Source: Thermodesulfovibrionia bacterium
Lineage (GTDB): Bacteria > Nitrospirota > Thermodesulfovibrionia > UBA6902
Length of the DNA stretch: 64,000 bases
Assembly: GCA_963699585.1 (NCBI GenBank)
Contig: CAVOUK010000011.1
Span: 37,749-101,748, forward strand
Direction of reading: 5' to 3'
A program made the translations under genes and the position numbers. Of this stretch, positions 45,547 to 56,179 are shown piece after piece. Numbering within the stretch: the stretch's first letter is position 1; each line of letters begins with the position of its first letter. Under the pieces are notes generated by a model. The model was not told the origin of the DNA. It was given only the letters and a program-made list of their open reading frames with translations, and did no database searches.

Positions 45547-46182
45547 TCATGCTCTGTATAGGGACCATTTGCGGCTTTTTCGAGGTTCGTGGCTTCTAAT
45601 GATCATTTTAACATCAAGTGAAGAAAGCAACTTAGATGTAATATCTTCTCCGAACAAAACACCTGCGCCTCTTGGATTCAAATACTCTCCGGTCATGGAA
45701 GAGGGGTCGCTCCACAGCAAATATTTCTCGTTAGTATGTTTCACTAAATCATCCTTAGTTTTTATTCTTGAAGATATGCCGGCATGAACAAAAAGAACGT
45801 TATTAACGATTGCCGCTACATACAATCTGTTCAGGAAGCTGAGCATGATGTCCTGATAAAATGCCTTCCATGGACCGTATTTATCTTCTGCCTCATAAAT
45901 AAGATTACACGGGTAAAAAGATGGTTTCCTGTCTATATACATTTCATGATTACCCTTGAGTGCGATTATATCTTCCCTTGTGACAAGAAGTTTGTTTAGT
46001 TCGGTTATTATCTCCACACCATGTGAACCTCTGTCAGCATAATCTCCGAGAAAGATCAGGATGGAATCTTTTCTGTTCTTCTCATAAATATTCAGTATAG
46101 AACTGAAGCTTTGATAGTCCCCGTGCAGATCACCGGCAGCATAAACATTTCTGATATTGCTTGTGAATAGCCTGTTTATCAT
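45547..46182 (-). CDS. PPP-family metallophosphoesterase (Ser/Thr phosphatase-like)
   Basis: GDLHGD, GDYADRG, GNHE, VHAG motifs. I prefer Met11 (46182) of ORF 45547..46212. Confidence 0.75.
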   Translation of the reverse strand: MINRLFTSNIRNVYAAGDLHGDYQSFSSILNIYEKNRKDSILIFLGDYADRGSHGVEIITELNKLLVTREDIIALKGNHEMYIDRKPSFYPCNLIYEAEDKYGPWKAFYQDIMLSFLNRLYVAAIVNNVLFVHAGISSRIKTKDDLVKHTNEKYLLWSDPSSMTGEYLNPRGAGVLFGEDITSKLLSSLDVKMIIRSHEPRKSRKWSLYRA

Positions 46183-46422
46183 GCAATACCTCTTGCATAA
46201 ATCATAACACACACGCCGTTAAGCGGGATTATTAATTAAGCTGAAACTGGTGCGGTGAATTTCTTGCTTCAACTGCCCCTTTTACTTAATTATTCAATTC
46301 CTGAGATATTTGATATAATTTTAGAAGCGACAGGTAAATATTAATAATAACGTCTTTATAACAATGGTGAATATAGCAGAATTGTCCGATTAGACTTGGC
46401 AACGCCTGAATTAGCACCGAAA

Positions 46423-47778
46423 ATGAACAGAGTACTGATAATAGATGATGACAAAATAGTAAGACTTTCCTTGAGTGAGAATCTGAAAGATCATGGTTTT
46501 TTACCACTGGAGGCGTCGGGGGGGAAGGAAGGCATAAGAATTTTTCAGGAATCAAACTATCCTGTAGTGGTCCTTGATCTTAAAATGCCGGGGATGGATG
46601 GGATAGAAACGATGAGGGAATTGAAAAAAATAAACCCGGACGTTTCTGTCATTATTATTACTGCATACGGGGATATCCCTACCGCAGTGGAAGCAATAAA
46701 GCTGGGCGCGTATGATTTCATAATCAAACCGCCTGATTATGACAGGCTTGTTCTTACACTCAAAAGGGCTGCTGAAAAATCCGAACTTGATAAAAAAATA
46801 AAAAATTTAAACAGGGAAGTCGAAACATCGCTTGAATATTTATTAGGAAAGAGTGATGCAATGAAAAAGGTCATCGAAAAGATACACCAGATCTCACAGA
46901 GCGACTTCTCTTTGATCATTCAGGGAGAAACAGGCACCGGCAAGTCTTTTATCGCCCGCATCATTCATAATCTTGGCAAGAGGGCTAACCATCCGTTTGT
47001 TACTGTTGATATAGGCGCCCTCCCGGAATCTCTTGTGGAAAGCGAGCTTTTCGGTCATGAAAAAGGGGCTTTCACAGGGGCCGAGAAAAACAAAAAGGGC
47101 TTTTTTGAGATAGCAAATCAGGGAACAATTCTTATTGATGAACTGCAGAATATGTCTTTATATATGCAAAGCAAGCTTCTCAAGGCCGTAGAGGAAAAAA
47201 TGATCGTTCCGCTTGGCAGCACAAAACCTGTGCAGACAGATGTTCGAATCATAGGCGCGACAAATAGTGACATTCTGAAGTGTGTCAGGGAGAAGAGTTT
47301 CAGAGAGGATCTTTTTTACCGCTTTAGTGAATTTATGATTACACTTCCACCTCTCAGGGAAAGATCGAAAGACATTCAATTCTTTGCAGAAAAATTCTTA
47401 ACGGACGCTGCAGAAGATCTTGAAAAGCCGATTCACGGAATTTCCAGAGAAGCCACGGGTCTTCTGAAAAATCATCAATGGCCGGGGAACCTCAGAGAAT
47501 TAAAGAACGTGATCAGGAGATCGGTCCTCCTTTCAAATGAAGATATGATAACACCTGACCATATAGAGTTCCTGATTAAAGATACTGACGCCACTTCTGA
47601 CAGTGAAGGCAGGTCAACACCCCTTGATAAATTTACCAGTTTGACCCTTGAAGAAGCAGAAAAAATGGCTATAAAAAAAGTGCTTGATATTACAAACGGG
47701 AATAAATCAAAGGCAGCAGCAATATTAAAGATAGACTATACAACCCTCCTGAGAAAAATTAAACAATATTGCATTTAA
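46423..47778 (+). CDS. Sigma-54-dependent response regulator (NtrC family: REC + AAA+ + Fis-type HTH)
   Basis: VLIIDDD..VLDLKMPGMDG; GETGTGKS; ESELFGHEKGAFTGA; C-terminal NKSKAAAILKIDYTTLLRKIK. An alternative TTG start lies at 46396. Confidence 0.85.
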   Translation: MNRVLIIDDDKIVRLSLSENLKDHGFLPLEASGGKEGIRIFQESNYPVVVLDLKMPGMDGIETMRELKKINPDVSVIIITAYGDIPTAVEAIKLGAYDFIIKPPDYDRLVLTLKRAAEKSELDKKIKNLNREVETSLEYLLGKSDAMKKVIEKIHQISQSDFSLIIQGETGTGKSFIARIIHNLGKRANHPFVTVDIGALPESLVESELFGHEKGAFTGAEKNKKGFFEIANQGTILIDELQNMSLYMQSKLLKAVEEKMIVPLGSTKPVQTDVRIIGATNSDILKCVREKSFREDLFYRFSEFMITLPPLRERSKDIQFFAEKFLTDAAEDLEKPIHGISREATGLLKNHQWPGNLRELKNVIRRSVLLSNEDMITPDHIEFLIKDTDATSDSEGRSTPLDKFTSLTLEEAEKMAIKKVLDITNGNKSKAAAILKIDYTTLLRKIKQYCI

Positions 47779-47869
47779 CCATATTGCAAAATGCAATATT
47801 ATTGTAAAATCCAACAAATCCTGTAAGCCGTCCTAAACGATTTCCTCATTATTTCTAACTGTTACATTC

Positions 47870-47885
47870 TGGCATGTTTTGTGAT
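47870..47885 (+). promoter_or_regulatory. Weak candidate sigma-54 promoter (TGGCATG-N4-gTGa)
   Basis: tggcatgttttgtga; good -24 element, poor -12 (GA instead of GC). It is about 80 nt upstream of the REC gene and just downstream of the NtrC-type activator. Confidence 0.25.
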
Positions 47886-47963
47886 ATGAATAAGTCTGCA
47901 TTACCGGTATATAACGGTTGTGCATAGGAAATAGAGAGACATAAAAAAGCATCAGGGTGGTAT

Positions 47964-48401
47964 ATGAGTATAAAAATCTTAATTGCTGACAATGATACTT
48001 TTTTTTGCGAAGGTCTTCACTTCGACATTAAAAAACATCCTGGGATAGAAGTAATCGGGGAAGCGAAAGATGGAAAAACCGCAATATATATGGTCCGGCA
48101 ATTGTCTCCTGATGTAGTTATTATTAATGTTGATCTTCCTGACATGAATGGCATCGATACCATAGGGGAAATCACCGCCACGTTCCCGGATGTGAAAATT
48201 ATTGCCCGGTTAGTATCTCCGGACAGACAATTGGTTTCAAGAATATTCAAGGCCGGAGCTTCCGGCTATTTACTGAAGGACTGCTTATGTGATGATGTTG
48301 AGAATGTTGTCCGGACCGTGATAAAGAACAATATTTCACTAAGCGCTAAAAATATCGATACCTACATAAATATACTTTTCGGAGCAGGCAGCAATGGATA
48401 G
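47964..48401 (+). CDS. Stand-alone receiver (REC) domain protein
   Basis: [31 protein letters not shown]; no output domain. Confidence 0.8.
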   Translation: MSIKILIADNDTFFCEGLHFDIKKHPGIEVIGEAKDGKTAIYMVRQLSPDVVIINVDLPDMNGIDTIGEITATFPDVKIIARLVSPDRQLVSRIFKAGASGYLLKDCLCDDVENVVRTVIKNNISLSAKNIDTYINILFGAGSNG

Positions 48402-49566
48402 ACGGATCTTCTATTCAAAATCGGCCTTACTAATTATTTTGATAATGCCGGTATTTTTTACAGAGGACCTGATAATTAAGATCCTTGTCGGAATAGCTGT
48501 CTGCACATCAATACCGGTTTTAGACCTTTTTATGCTGAAGAGACATACGAAGCTTATGGAAAATAAATTTGATATTTCCAGAAAGCAGCATCTCACCGAA
48601 ATTGAAACATTAATAAACACTGTAAACGACCCTCTTAGCAGGAAAGCGCAGTTATTGCCGGTGCTTGTCAGTCAGTTGCAGGAAGTGGTTGAACAGACCG
48701 AGACTGCGGCCATGGACATAAGCGGAAATTTCATGAATATAGTCGAGAGGGCCAGAAAGCAGTCTTCAAAAGCCTGCGACATAAACACAGGAGACGGCAG
48801 TGAAACCACTCTTGAGCTTAGCAAAAAAGTTCTCTCTGGCGTAATAGACAGTCTTCAGGTATCCATTGTTATCGCCAGCCAATCTTTGAATGGTCTGAAA
48901 AAAGTCCTGGAGGATGCCGGGAACATAAATAAAGTAGTTGACGAAATTGAATATATAGCGGGACAGACAAACCTTTTGGCACTGAATGCCGCCATAGAAG
49001 CTGCGAGAGCAGGTGAGCACGGAAGGGGTTTTTCCATTGTTGCTGATGAGGTGAGAAAGCTGTCTGACAGGTCGAATGTTGCGGCGGACCAGATCCGAAA
49101 ACTTATAGCAAAGGTTGAATCCGATACAAAAGAAATGTACAGAGTTGCTGAAGAAAGTGTTTTCAAGAATGATTCAATTTTTTCGGAAGCAACTTCGGTT
49201 GTTGATAACGCGCTGAAAAAAATAGATGAACAAATAAGAGATGTAAAAGACAAAATTGAGGATCTTAAGCTGGAAACCGAATCCCTTGCAAAGGACATCA
49301 GCAATATAGTGGTCTCGATGCAGTTTCAGGATATCACGAGACAGCGCATAGAGCATGTCATTGAGCCCCTGCTGAATTTAAAGACGGAACTGGAGGAAAT
49401 GGCGTTGAAGACGACGAATGTGGAAACAAAAATACATGAATATAGTCAAGGCAACGGGGCGGAATGGCTCGAGAAAATGTACACAATGGAATCAGAGAGG
49501 AAGGTGCTGAAGAAGATATTGTCCGGAAAAGGCAAAGACATAAATACTTCAAAAGCACATTTGTGA
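48394..49566 (+). CDS. Methyl-accepting chemotaxis protein (short, 2 TM, no periplasmic domain)
   Basis: [37 protein letters not shown] signalling hairpin. Confidence 0.85.
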   Translation: MDRRIFYSKSALLIILIMPVFFTEDLIIKILVGIAVCTSIPVLDLFMLKRHTKLMENKFDISRKQHLTEIETLINTVNDPLSRKAQLLPVLVSQLQEVVEQTETAAMDISGNFMNIVERARKQSSKACDINTGDGSETTLELSKKVLSGVIDSLQVSIVIASQSLNGLKKVLEDAGNINKVVDEIEYIAGQTNLLALNAAIEAARAGEHGRGFSIVADEVRKLSDRSNVAADQIRKLIAKVESDTKEMYRVAEESVFKNDSIFSEATSVVDNALKKIDEQIRDVKDKIEDLKLETESLAKDISNIVVSMQFQDITRQRIEHVIEPLLNLKTELEEMALKTTNVETKIHEYSQGNGAEWLEKMYTMESERKVLKKILSGKGKDINTSKAHL

Positions 49567-49574
49567 GATGACCC

Positions 49575-49606
49575 GTAGGGGCGGGTGATGTCAAACCCGC
49601 CCCTAC
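49575..49606. repeat. GTAGGGGC-stem hairpin (12-bp stem, 8-nt loop) between the MCP gene and cheY
   Basis: gtaggggcgggt gatgtcaa acccgcccctac, followed by an A-rich tract and the cheY RBS. Confidence 0.8.
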
Positions 49607-49623
49607 AAAAGAAGCGAGAACAA

Positions 49624-49991
49624 CATGGCAAAGACGATTTTGATAGTAGACGATTCAGCCTCAATGAGGCAGCTTGTGACGTTTGGCGTTAAAGGATGCC
49701 GGATACGAAGTCATAGCAGCAGTGGACGGCAAAGATGCGCTGGGTAAATTAAACGGCACAAAGGTGGACATGGTGGTGACCGACCTTAACATGCCGAACA
49801 TGGACGGCATAACACTGATCAAACAGCTCCGAAGCAGTCCTGCCAGTAAATTCACTCCGGTTGTCATGCTTACAACAGAATCACAGGAGTCCAAAAAACA
49901 GGAAGGCAGGACAGCAGGGGCCAGCGGGTGGCTTGTAAAACCGTTTACCCCCGATAAACTGATAGAGGTAATAAAGAAATTCGTGAGATAG
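49624..49991 (+). pseudogene. cheY: CheY-like receiver, one frameshift near 49684
   Basis: ATG 49624: MAKTILIVDDSASMRQLVTF, then ORF 49683..49991 (ALKDAGYEVIAAVDGKDAL..DLNMPNMDGI..GASGWLVKPF). The two join if the extra g in tttggcg is removed. Confidence 0.75.
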
Positions 49992-49996
49992 ATGAG

Positions 49997-50024
49997 GTAG
50001 GGGCGATTCATGAATCGCCCCTAC
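49997..50024. repeat. Perfect 28-nt palindrome gtaggggcgattcatgaatcgcccctac between cheY and the STAS gene
   Basis: Self-complementary. It differs from the 42271 copy only at the two complementary positions of one stem base pair (a/g at 50005, t/c at 50016). Confidence 0.8.
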
Positions 50025-50041
50025 AAACAAAAGAGGACAAG

Positions 50042-50386
50042 ATGGCAGATATAAAAGTACAGAAAAAAGGTAAAGAGCAGGTGATCGTCATTAACGGCGG
50101 GCTGACCATAGAGTATGCGGCGGAACTAAAGAACGCGCTTCAGCAGTCATTAAAGGACGGAGAGCGCGTAAGACTGGATCTGAGCAATGTTACGGAGATG
50201 GACCTGTCCGGTCTGCAGCTTCTGTGTTCCGCTCACAAGACATCGGTAAACCTGAAGAAGACCCTCGAACTTATGCAAAACACCGGCGAGGTATTTAAAG
50301 AAACTGTAAGGAAAGCTGGATATAAGCGTTATACAGGATGTACAAAGGAAACCGAGAAGAGCTGCCTGTGGATCATAGGGGACTGA
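50042..50386 (+). CDS. STAS domain protein (anti-sigma-antagonist-like) within the che operon
   Basis: ..VIVINGGLTIEYAAELKNAL..RLDLSNVTEMDLSGLQLLCSA. Confidence 0.7.
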   Translation: MADIKVQKKGKEQVIVINGGLTIEYAAELKNALQQSLKDGERVRLDLSNVTEMDLSGLQLLCSAHKTSVNLKKTLELMQNTGEVFKETVRKAGYKRYTGCTKETEKSCLWIIGD

Positions 50387-50388
50387 CC

Positions 50389-52500
50389 ATGTCAAAAATA
50401 GACAAACATAAAGAGACATTCAGGGAAGAGGCATACGAACTGCTGACTGTACTGGAGACGTCGCTTCTGGAACTCGAGGAGAGCCCGGACAACATGGAGC
50501 TGATCGGCACCATCTTCAGGGCGTTGCATACGATAAAGGGTTCAGGTTCGATGTTCGGATTTGACAGGATAGCGGGCTTCACCCATGAAGTAGAGACAGT
50601 GTTTGATCTTATAAGGAACGGAGAAATATCTGTTACAAAAGATTTAATAGACCTGACCCTTTCTTCACGTGACCAGATCAAAAAAATGCTTGATTCCCAT
50701 GAGGAGCATGATGATCCGGCGGGCAAGGACATACTGAGCTCTCTTAAAAAACTAATTCCGGGGGCACAACAGAAGGCAGGAGCGGATGTCACTGCCCAGG
50801 GACAGAAAGCAGGAGATGAGACAATCAGCAAGAACCTAACTTACCGGATACAGTTCCGTCCCAACACTGATATTTTTACAAAAGGGATAAACCCGCTCCT
50901 TTTACTGGATGACCTGAAAACGCTCGGCGACTGTAAAGTCGTGGCATATTACAACAGCATCCCGCTTCTGGATGATATGGATGCCGAAGTATGTTACACC
51001 TACTGGGACATAATCCTTACTACAGATAAAGGAACAAATGCAATTAAGGATGTCTTCATCTTTGTTGAGGATGACTGCAAACTGGTCATTGAGGTAATTG
51101 ATGACAAACAGAGGATAGGCGAGGAGATAAGCAACAGGAAGATAGGGGATATACTCATTGAGCGGGGCTTTGTAACAAAAGAAGACCTTGATAAAGTGCT
51201 TAGTCAGCAAAAGCGCATCGGCCAGATGCTGGTTGAGTCAAATATGGTAGATCCCCGGCAAATTGAAGCCGCATTGGCCGAACAACAGCATCTTAAAGAG
51301 ATAAAACAGAAAGACCGGCAGAAAGAGCAGGCTGATACAGCTTCAAGCATCCGTGTAGCGTCAGACAAGCTCGACAGCCTTGTGAATCTTGTGGGTGAGA
51401 TGGTAACGGTACAGGCAAGACTAAGCCAACTGTCTGTATACAAGAACGACCCGGACCTTCTTTCCATAGCAGAGGAAGTGGAACGACTCACAGGAGAGCT
51501 GCGTGACCAGACCATGAGCATCCGCATGCTGCCCATTGGCACGACGTTCAGCAAGTTCAAGCGCCTGGTGCGGGACCTTTCAAAAGAGCTCGGCAAGGAG
51601 ATAGAGCTCTCAACCGAAGGGGCTGAGACAGAGCTGGACAAGACAGTGATAGAGAAGCTGAACGACCCGATGGTGCATCTGATAAGAAACTGCATAGACC
51701 ACGGGATAGAGACTCCTGACATTAGGAGCAATATTGGAAAACCGGCACAGGGAATGGTCCATCTTTCAGCCAAGCATTCAGGGGCTTATGTGTTGATCGA
51801 GATCGTGGATGACGGCGCAGGACTTGATGCTGAGGCCATACGTGCCAAGGCAGTTGAAAAGGGAATGATAACGCCTGACGCCGAACTGACGGAAAAAGAG
51901 ATTTATTCATTGATCCTTGCCCCCGGGTTCTCAACGGCAAAGACTGTTACCAATGTATCTGGGCGCGGGGTGGGGATGGATGTTGTAAAGAGGGCGATCG
52001 ACAACCTGAGGGGTTCAATAGGCATAACCAGTCAGAAAGGGACCGGTACGACCATAACATTAAAGCTGCCGCTGACACTTGCGATCATAGAGGGACTGCT
52101 TGTGCAGATTGGGAAAGAATATTTTGTATTGCCGCTATCAGTAGTTGAGGAATGTGTTGAGCTTACCCGTGAGGATATTGCGAATGCGCACGGCAGGCAC
52201 CTTGCCAATGTCAGGGGACAGATAGTGCCGTATATACGTCTGCGTGAGCAGTTCATTATTCACGGAGAACTGCCTGAGATAGAGCAGATAGTTATTGTGG
52301 GAGTTGAGGGTCACAGGGTGGGCTTTGTGGTGGATGAAGTCATAGGAGAACACCAGACGGTCATAAAGACACTGGGACGTGTTTATAAAGGTATTGAAGG
52401 AATATCAGGAGCAACCATTCTGGGTGACGGGACAGTGGCCCTAATCCTTGATATACAAAAACTGGTTCAGATCGCTGAACATGAGGAGGTAATGAATTGA
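50389..52500 (+). CDS. cheA: Chemotaxis histidine kinase CheA
   Basis: Hpt FRALHTIKGSGSMFGF; N-box HLIRNCIDHGIE; DDGAGLD; GRGVGMDVV; C-terminal CheW-like domain. The ATG at 50389 follows the STAS stop. Confidence 0.9.
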   Translation: MSKIDKHKETFREEAYELLTVLETSLLELEESPDNMELIGTIFRALHTIKGSGSMFGFDRIAGFTHEVETVFDLIRNGEISVTKDLIDLTLSSRDQIKKMLDSHEEHDDPAGKDILSSLKKLIPGAQQKAGADVTAQGQKAGDETISKNLTYRIQFRPNTDIFTKGINPLLLLDDLKTLGDCKVVAYYNSIPLLDDMDAEVCYTYWDIILTTDKGTNAIKDVFIFVEDDCKLVIEVIDDKQRIGEEISNRKIGDILIERGFVTKEDLDKVLSQQKRIGQMLVESNMVDPRQIEAALAEQQHLKEIKQKDRQKEQADTASSIRVASDKLDSLVNLVGEMVTVQARLSQLSVYKNDPDLLSIAEEVERLTGELRDQTMSIRMLPIGTTFSKFKRLVRDLSKELGKEIELSTEGAETELDKTVIEKLNDPMVHLIRNCIDHGIETPDIRSNIGKPAQGMVHLSAKHSGAYVLIEIVDDGAGLDAEAIRAKAVEKGMITPDAELTEKEIYSLILAPGFSTAKTVTNVSGRGVGMDVVKRAIDNLRGSIGITSQKGTGTTITLKLPLTLAIIEGLLVQIGKEYFVLPLSVVEECVELTREDIANAHGRHLANVRGQIVPYIRLREQFIIHGELPEIEQIVIVGVEGHRVGFVVDEVIGEHQTVIKTLGRVYKGIEGISGATILGDGTVALILDIQKLVQIAEHEEVMN

Positions 52501-53288
52501 AGAGAAGGTTTTTCACACTATGCATATTCTTGTTTTTTCTTGTCGCTGTTTTTATTTTTCCATCTGTATGCAACGCAGCCCATCCGTTAATTACTGATGA
52601 CACGGGTACGCAGGGCAAGGGAAAGTTCCAGATCGAGGTTAACGGTCAATACGATTACGACAAAGAGATGGAAGAAGGAGTATCCATAAAGTCAACAGGC
52701 AGTGAAGTAGCATCCATTATGTCTTATGGAATGAAAGACAATATCGATATTGTGCTTGGTCTGCCCTATCAATGGAGTAAAGAAAAAGAAGACGGCGAAA
52801 CAACATCAGATGAAAATGGAATCTCTGACATGTCGCTTGAATTGAAATGGAGATATTATGAGAAGGACGGTTTCAGTTTCGCATTGAAGCCCGGCGTCGC
52901 CTTCCCTACAGGTGATGACAAAAAGGGACTGGGCGCCGGAAGGTCGTCATACTACTTGTTCCTGGTCTCTACAAAGGAGATACAACAGTGGGCATTTCAT
53001 CTTAACCTTGGGTATAAAAAAAATGAAAACAATGCGGATGAAAGAAAAGATATATGGCATGTGTCTCTTGCCACTGTGGTAGACGTAGTCAAAAACCTGA
53101 AACTGGTCGGTAACGCCGGAATGGAAACAAATCCTGACAAGGGATCAAAGACCGACCCTGCCTTTATTCTGGGCGGAGCCATTTATTCAATCACGGATAC
53201 CTTTGATATAGATTTCGGACTTAAGGCCGGACTAAATAAACCTGAGACGGATTATACAATCCTCGCGGGAACAACTTTTAAATTTTAA
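52497..53288 (+). CDS. Outer-membrane beta-barrel protein (MetA-pathway/transporter-like family)
   Basis: TTG start overlapping the cheA stop; signal peptide ..FIFPSVCNA; HPLITDDTGTQGKGKFQIE; alternating beta-strand pattern; C-terminal ..AGTTFKF. Confidence 0.6.
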   Translation: MKRRFFTLCIFLFFLVAVFIFPSVCNAAHPLITDDTGTQGKGKFQIEVNGQYDYDKEMEEGVSIKSTGSEVASIMSYGMKDNIDIVLGLPYQWSKEKEDGETTSDENGISDMSLELKWRYYEKDGFSFALKPGVAFPTGDDKKGLGAGRSSYYLFLVSTKEIQQWAFHLNLGYKKNENNADERKDIWHVSLATVVDVVKNLKLVGNAGMETNPDKGSKTDPAFILGGAIYSITDTFDIDFGLKAGLNKPETDYTILAGTTFKF

Positions 53289-53296
53289 TTAAGGAG
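53208..53296 (+). repeat. Direct repeat copy 1 (3' end of the OM barrel gene plus TAAGGAG)
   Basis: About 78 of 89 positions are identical to 53890-53977 by hand alignment. Confidence 0.8.
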
Positions 53297-53357
53297 AAAG
53301 TAGGGAAGTTCTAAAAATAGCGGTCAGCATTCAGCTAAAAAAAGAAAGGAGACAACA

Positions 53358-53870
53358 ATGAGTGTAGCTGAAATATTGGAGACAACGCAGTACCTGACCT
53401 TCAAGCTTGAGGATGAGGTGTTTGCTCTTGATATAGCAAAGGTGCGTGAAGTGCTTGAGTACACTACTGTCACAAAGGTGCCGAGGACCCCTGACTTTAT
53501 GTGCGGGGTGATAAACCTGAGGGGCGGAGTCGTGCCTGTAGTAAACATGCGTCTGAAGTTCGGAATGCCGGATGCGGAGAAGACAGTAAATACCTGCATC
53601 ATTATAGTTGAGGTGAAACTCGACGGGGAGACAACAGTCCTTGGGGCGCTTGCGGATTCCGTGCAGGAGGTCATGGACCTTGAACCCGACCAGATAGAGC
53701 CCGCGCCCAAGATCGGCACCAGATTGAATACGGATTTCATCAAAGGCATGGGAAAACACGACAATAAGTTCATCATGATACTGAACATCGATAAGGTGTT
53801 TTCCGCGGACGAACTGGCGCTCGTGCAGGATACCGGTACGCGCAATTTCATAAAGGAGAATGATGATTAA
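53358..53870 (+). CDS. cheW: Chemotaxis coupling protein CheW
   Basis: QYLTFKLEDEVFALDIAKVREVLEY..VPRTPDFMCGVINLRGGVVPVVNMR. Confidence 0.9.
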   Translation: MSVAEILETTQYLTFKLEDEVFALDIAKVREVLEYTTVTKVPRTPDFMCGVINLRGGVVPVVNMRLKFGMPDAEKTVNTCIIIVEVKLDGETTVLGALADSVQEVMDLEPDQIEPAPKIGTRLNTDFIKGMGKHDNKFIMILNIDKVFSADELALVQDTGTRNFIKENDD

Positions 53871-53889
53871 TAATCTTTCATTCGGAGAC

Positions 53890-53977
53890 ATAGATTTCGG
53901 CCTTAAGGCCGGACTGAGCAAACCTGAGACGGATTATTCAATCGTCGCTGGAACAACTTTCAGTTTCAATTAAGGAG
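53890..53977 (+). repeat. Direct repeat copy 2: relic of the OM-barrel gene 3' end plus TAAGGAG, directly upstream of the MCP gene
   Basis: Encodes ..[27 protein letters not shown], compared with ..IDFGLKAGLNKPETDYTILAGTTFKF* at the end of ORF 52497..53288. Confidence 0.8.
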
Positions 53978-53983
53978 GAGAAT

Positions 53984-56065
53984 ATGTTTAAAAACATGAA
54001 AATCGGGATGCGTTTGGGTTTGGGATTTGGCGTAGTCCTGCTGCTCTTTGTAGTAAGCGGGGTCATAACAAATCAATATCTCAATATATCTGCCAATGCT
54101 TCAAAACAGGTCAGGGATGAGACCCTGCCGTATCTGTTACGGGCCGATGAAATGGCAGCTGATACCATTCAGGTGCAACAGTGGCTGACCGATGTGTCGG
54201 CGACACACAATAAAGATGGGTACAAGGACGCAGAACAGGCCGCAAGTGCATTTAAGAGTAACATGGCAAAATTCAGAGAGATGTTCAGAAATGAAAACGA
54301 TACGGGGTCCTTGAATAAAATAAACGAACTGGAAACCTCGTTTAACCAGTTTTACGAAGATGGAAAACATATGGCAGATACCTATTTGACCAGTGGAATA
54401 GATGCAGGCAACCAGCTAATGGAAAAATTTGATAAATCATCTGAAACTATGACAACAAAAGTGAAAGAGTTTCAAAAACAACAGATGGATGAAGCGAATA
54501 CAAATACAAAGAACATAGTAGAAGCAGTGGACAAAGTCCAAATGATAGTTTTAATAATCGGGGGAATTGCCATTCTCCTGGGCGCTTTAGTTGCCTTCTT
54601 TGTGACCATCAGCATAACCAGGCCGTTAACGGAGGGCGTAAATATCGCTAATAAACTGGCTGATGGCGACCTGACCGTTAATGTTGACGTAAAGAGCAAA
54701 GACGAAACAGGCCAGCTGCTTGCGGCAATGAAAAATATGGTTGGAATAATAGGCGACACAATGAGAGATACCAACGGCGTGATCAATTCAGTTGAGGACG
54801 GGAAACTGGATGTCCGCGCAAATGCCGCAGCCTATAAAGGCGGATGGGCGAACCTGATAAACGGCGTTAACAAATTATGCGATGCGTTTGTAATGCCGAT
54901 CAAGGTCACGGCAGACTATGTAGACAGAATAAGCAAAGGAGATATACCTCCAAAGATTTCAGATACCTACAACGGTGAGTTCAACGAAATCAAAGATAAT
55001 CTGAACTCCCTCATTGATGCAACAAACGATATTACACAGATCGCAAAAGAGATATCAGGAGGCAACCTTATTGTTAATGTAAAAGAGCGGTCAGCGGCAG
55101 ATGAACTTATGCGTGCATTGGCCAATATGGTAAAGAGACTGACCGAAATTGTGGCCGACGTTAAATCCGCTGCAGACAATGTCGCTTCCGGGAGCCAGGA
55201 GCTGAGCTCCAGTTCGGAGCAGATGTCGCAGGGCGCCACTGAGCAGGCAAGCTCGGTTGAAGAAGTGTCCTCCTCAATGGAGCAGATGGTGTCCAATATC
55301 AGACAGAATGCGGACAACGCGCAGCAGACCGAGAAGATTGCAATCAAATCCTCCGGTGACGCAAAAGAAAGCGGCAAGTCTGTTTCCGAGACAGTCGCCG
55401 CCATGAAGGCGATAGCAGGCAAGATATCGATAATTGAGGAGATAGCCAGGCAGACGAATCTTCTGGCGCTGAATGCCGCTATCGAAGCAGCGCGGGCCGG
55501 TGAGCATGGAAAGGGTTTTGCAGTAGTTGCGTCAGAGGTAAGGAAGCTTGCTGAACGGAGCCAGACAGCGGCAGCAGAGATAAGCAGCCTTTCAGAAAAT
55601 AGCGTGAAGGTTGCCGAACAGGCCGGCCATATGCTCGCAAAACTCGTCCCTGACATCCAGAAAACAGCGGAGCTTGTTCAGGAGATAAGCGGAGCCAGCA
55701 ATGAACAGAACGCCGGAGCAGAACAGATAAACAGGGCGATACAGCAGCTGGACCAGGTGATACAGCAGAACGCAGGGGCATCCGAGGAAATGTCTTCGAC
55801 TGCGGAAGAGCTGTCTTCGCAGGCCGAACAACTGCAGGATGCCATTGCATTCTTTAAGGCAGATGATAGAGTCAAAAATACCCACAAAGCACAGGCGGTA
55901 CGACAGGTTGTGCACAAGCCTGTAATCAAAACAGCTATAGCTCATGTAAAGAAAGAGATCGCTAAACCTGTCAAGGTAGTAACTGGCGCAAGGCCATCAG
56001 GGGTTGCCATAGACATGGGTTACGGCGGTCATGACAAAGTTGATGACGAGTTTGAAACATTCTAA
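53984..56065 (+). CDS. Methyl-accepting chemotaxis protein (4HB-like sensor, HAMP repeats, MA domain)
   Basis: [37 protein letters not shown]; TM-HAMP ..[21 protein letters not shown]. Confidence 0.9.
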   Translation: MFKNMKIGMRLGLGFGVVLLLFVVSGVITNQYLNISANASKQVRDETLPYLLRADEMAADTIQVQQWLTDVSATHNKDGYKDAEQAASAFKSNMAKFREMFRNENDTGSLNKINELETSFNQFYEDGKHMADTYLTSGIDAGNQLMEKFDKSSETMTTKVKEFQKQQMDEANTNTKNIVEAVDKVQMIVLIIGGIAILLGALVAFFVTISITRPLTEGVNIANKLADGDLTVNVDVKSKDETGQLLAAMKNMVGIIGDTMRDTNGVINSVEDGKLDVRANAAAYKGGWANLINGVNKLCDAFVMPIKVTADYVDRISKGDIPPKISDTYNGEFNEIKDNLNSLIDATNDITQIAKEISGGNLIVNVKERSAADELMRALANMVKRLTEIVADVKSAADNVASGSQELSSSSEQMSQGATEQASSVEEVSSSMEQMVSNIRQNADNAQQTEKIAIKSSGDAKESGKSVSETVAAMKAIAGKISIIEEIARQTNLLALNAAIEAARAGEHGKGFAVVASEVRKLAERSQTAAAEISSLSENSVKVAEQAGHMLAKLVPDIQKTAELVQEISGASNEQNAGAEQINRAIQQLDQVIQQNAGASEEMSSTAEELSSQAEQLQDAIAFFKADDRVKNTHKAQAVRQVVHKPVIKTAIAHVKKEIAKPVKVVTGARPSGVAIDMGYGGHDKVDDEFETF

Positions 56066-56069
56066 AAAG

Positions 56070-56149
56070 CTATCAGCATTCAGCGATCAGCTTTCAGCTA
56101 AAGTTAAAAATTCCAGTAGCTGAAGACTGAGAGCTGATCGCTGACAGCC
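56070..56149. repeat. Word-array hairpin with 7-nt period ((a/t)tcagcN x4 / complementary array), 18-nt loop
   Basis: gctatcagcattcagcgatcagctttcagct (56070-56100) versus agctgaagactgagagctgatcgctgacagc (56119-56149). 24 of 31 positions pair in register. A half copy tcagcattcagct lies at 53325-53337. Confidence 0.75.
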
Positions 56150-56179
56150 TTTCTTTGAGCAACTATTGTGCCAAATATA

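Noticed and set aside
47781-47800. atattgca-aaa-tgcaatat hairpin after the NtrC-type gene as an intrinsic terminator.
   Set aside because: The 8-bp stem is almost entirely A/T and lacks a clear U-tract. It is too weak to call from sequence alone.
53863-53973. 36-codon ORF ([36 protein letters not shown]) as a real small gene.
   Set aside because: It is a duplicated relic of the last beta-strands of the upstream OM-barrel gene. A lone terminal fragment is unlikely to be functional, so it is reported as a repeat instead.
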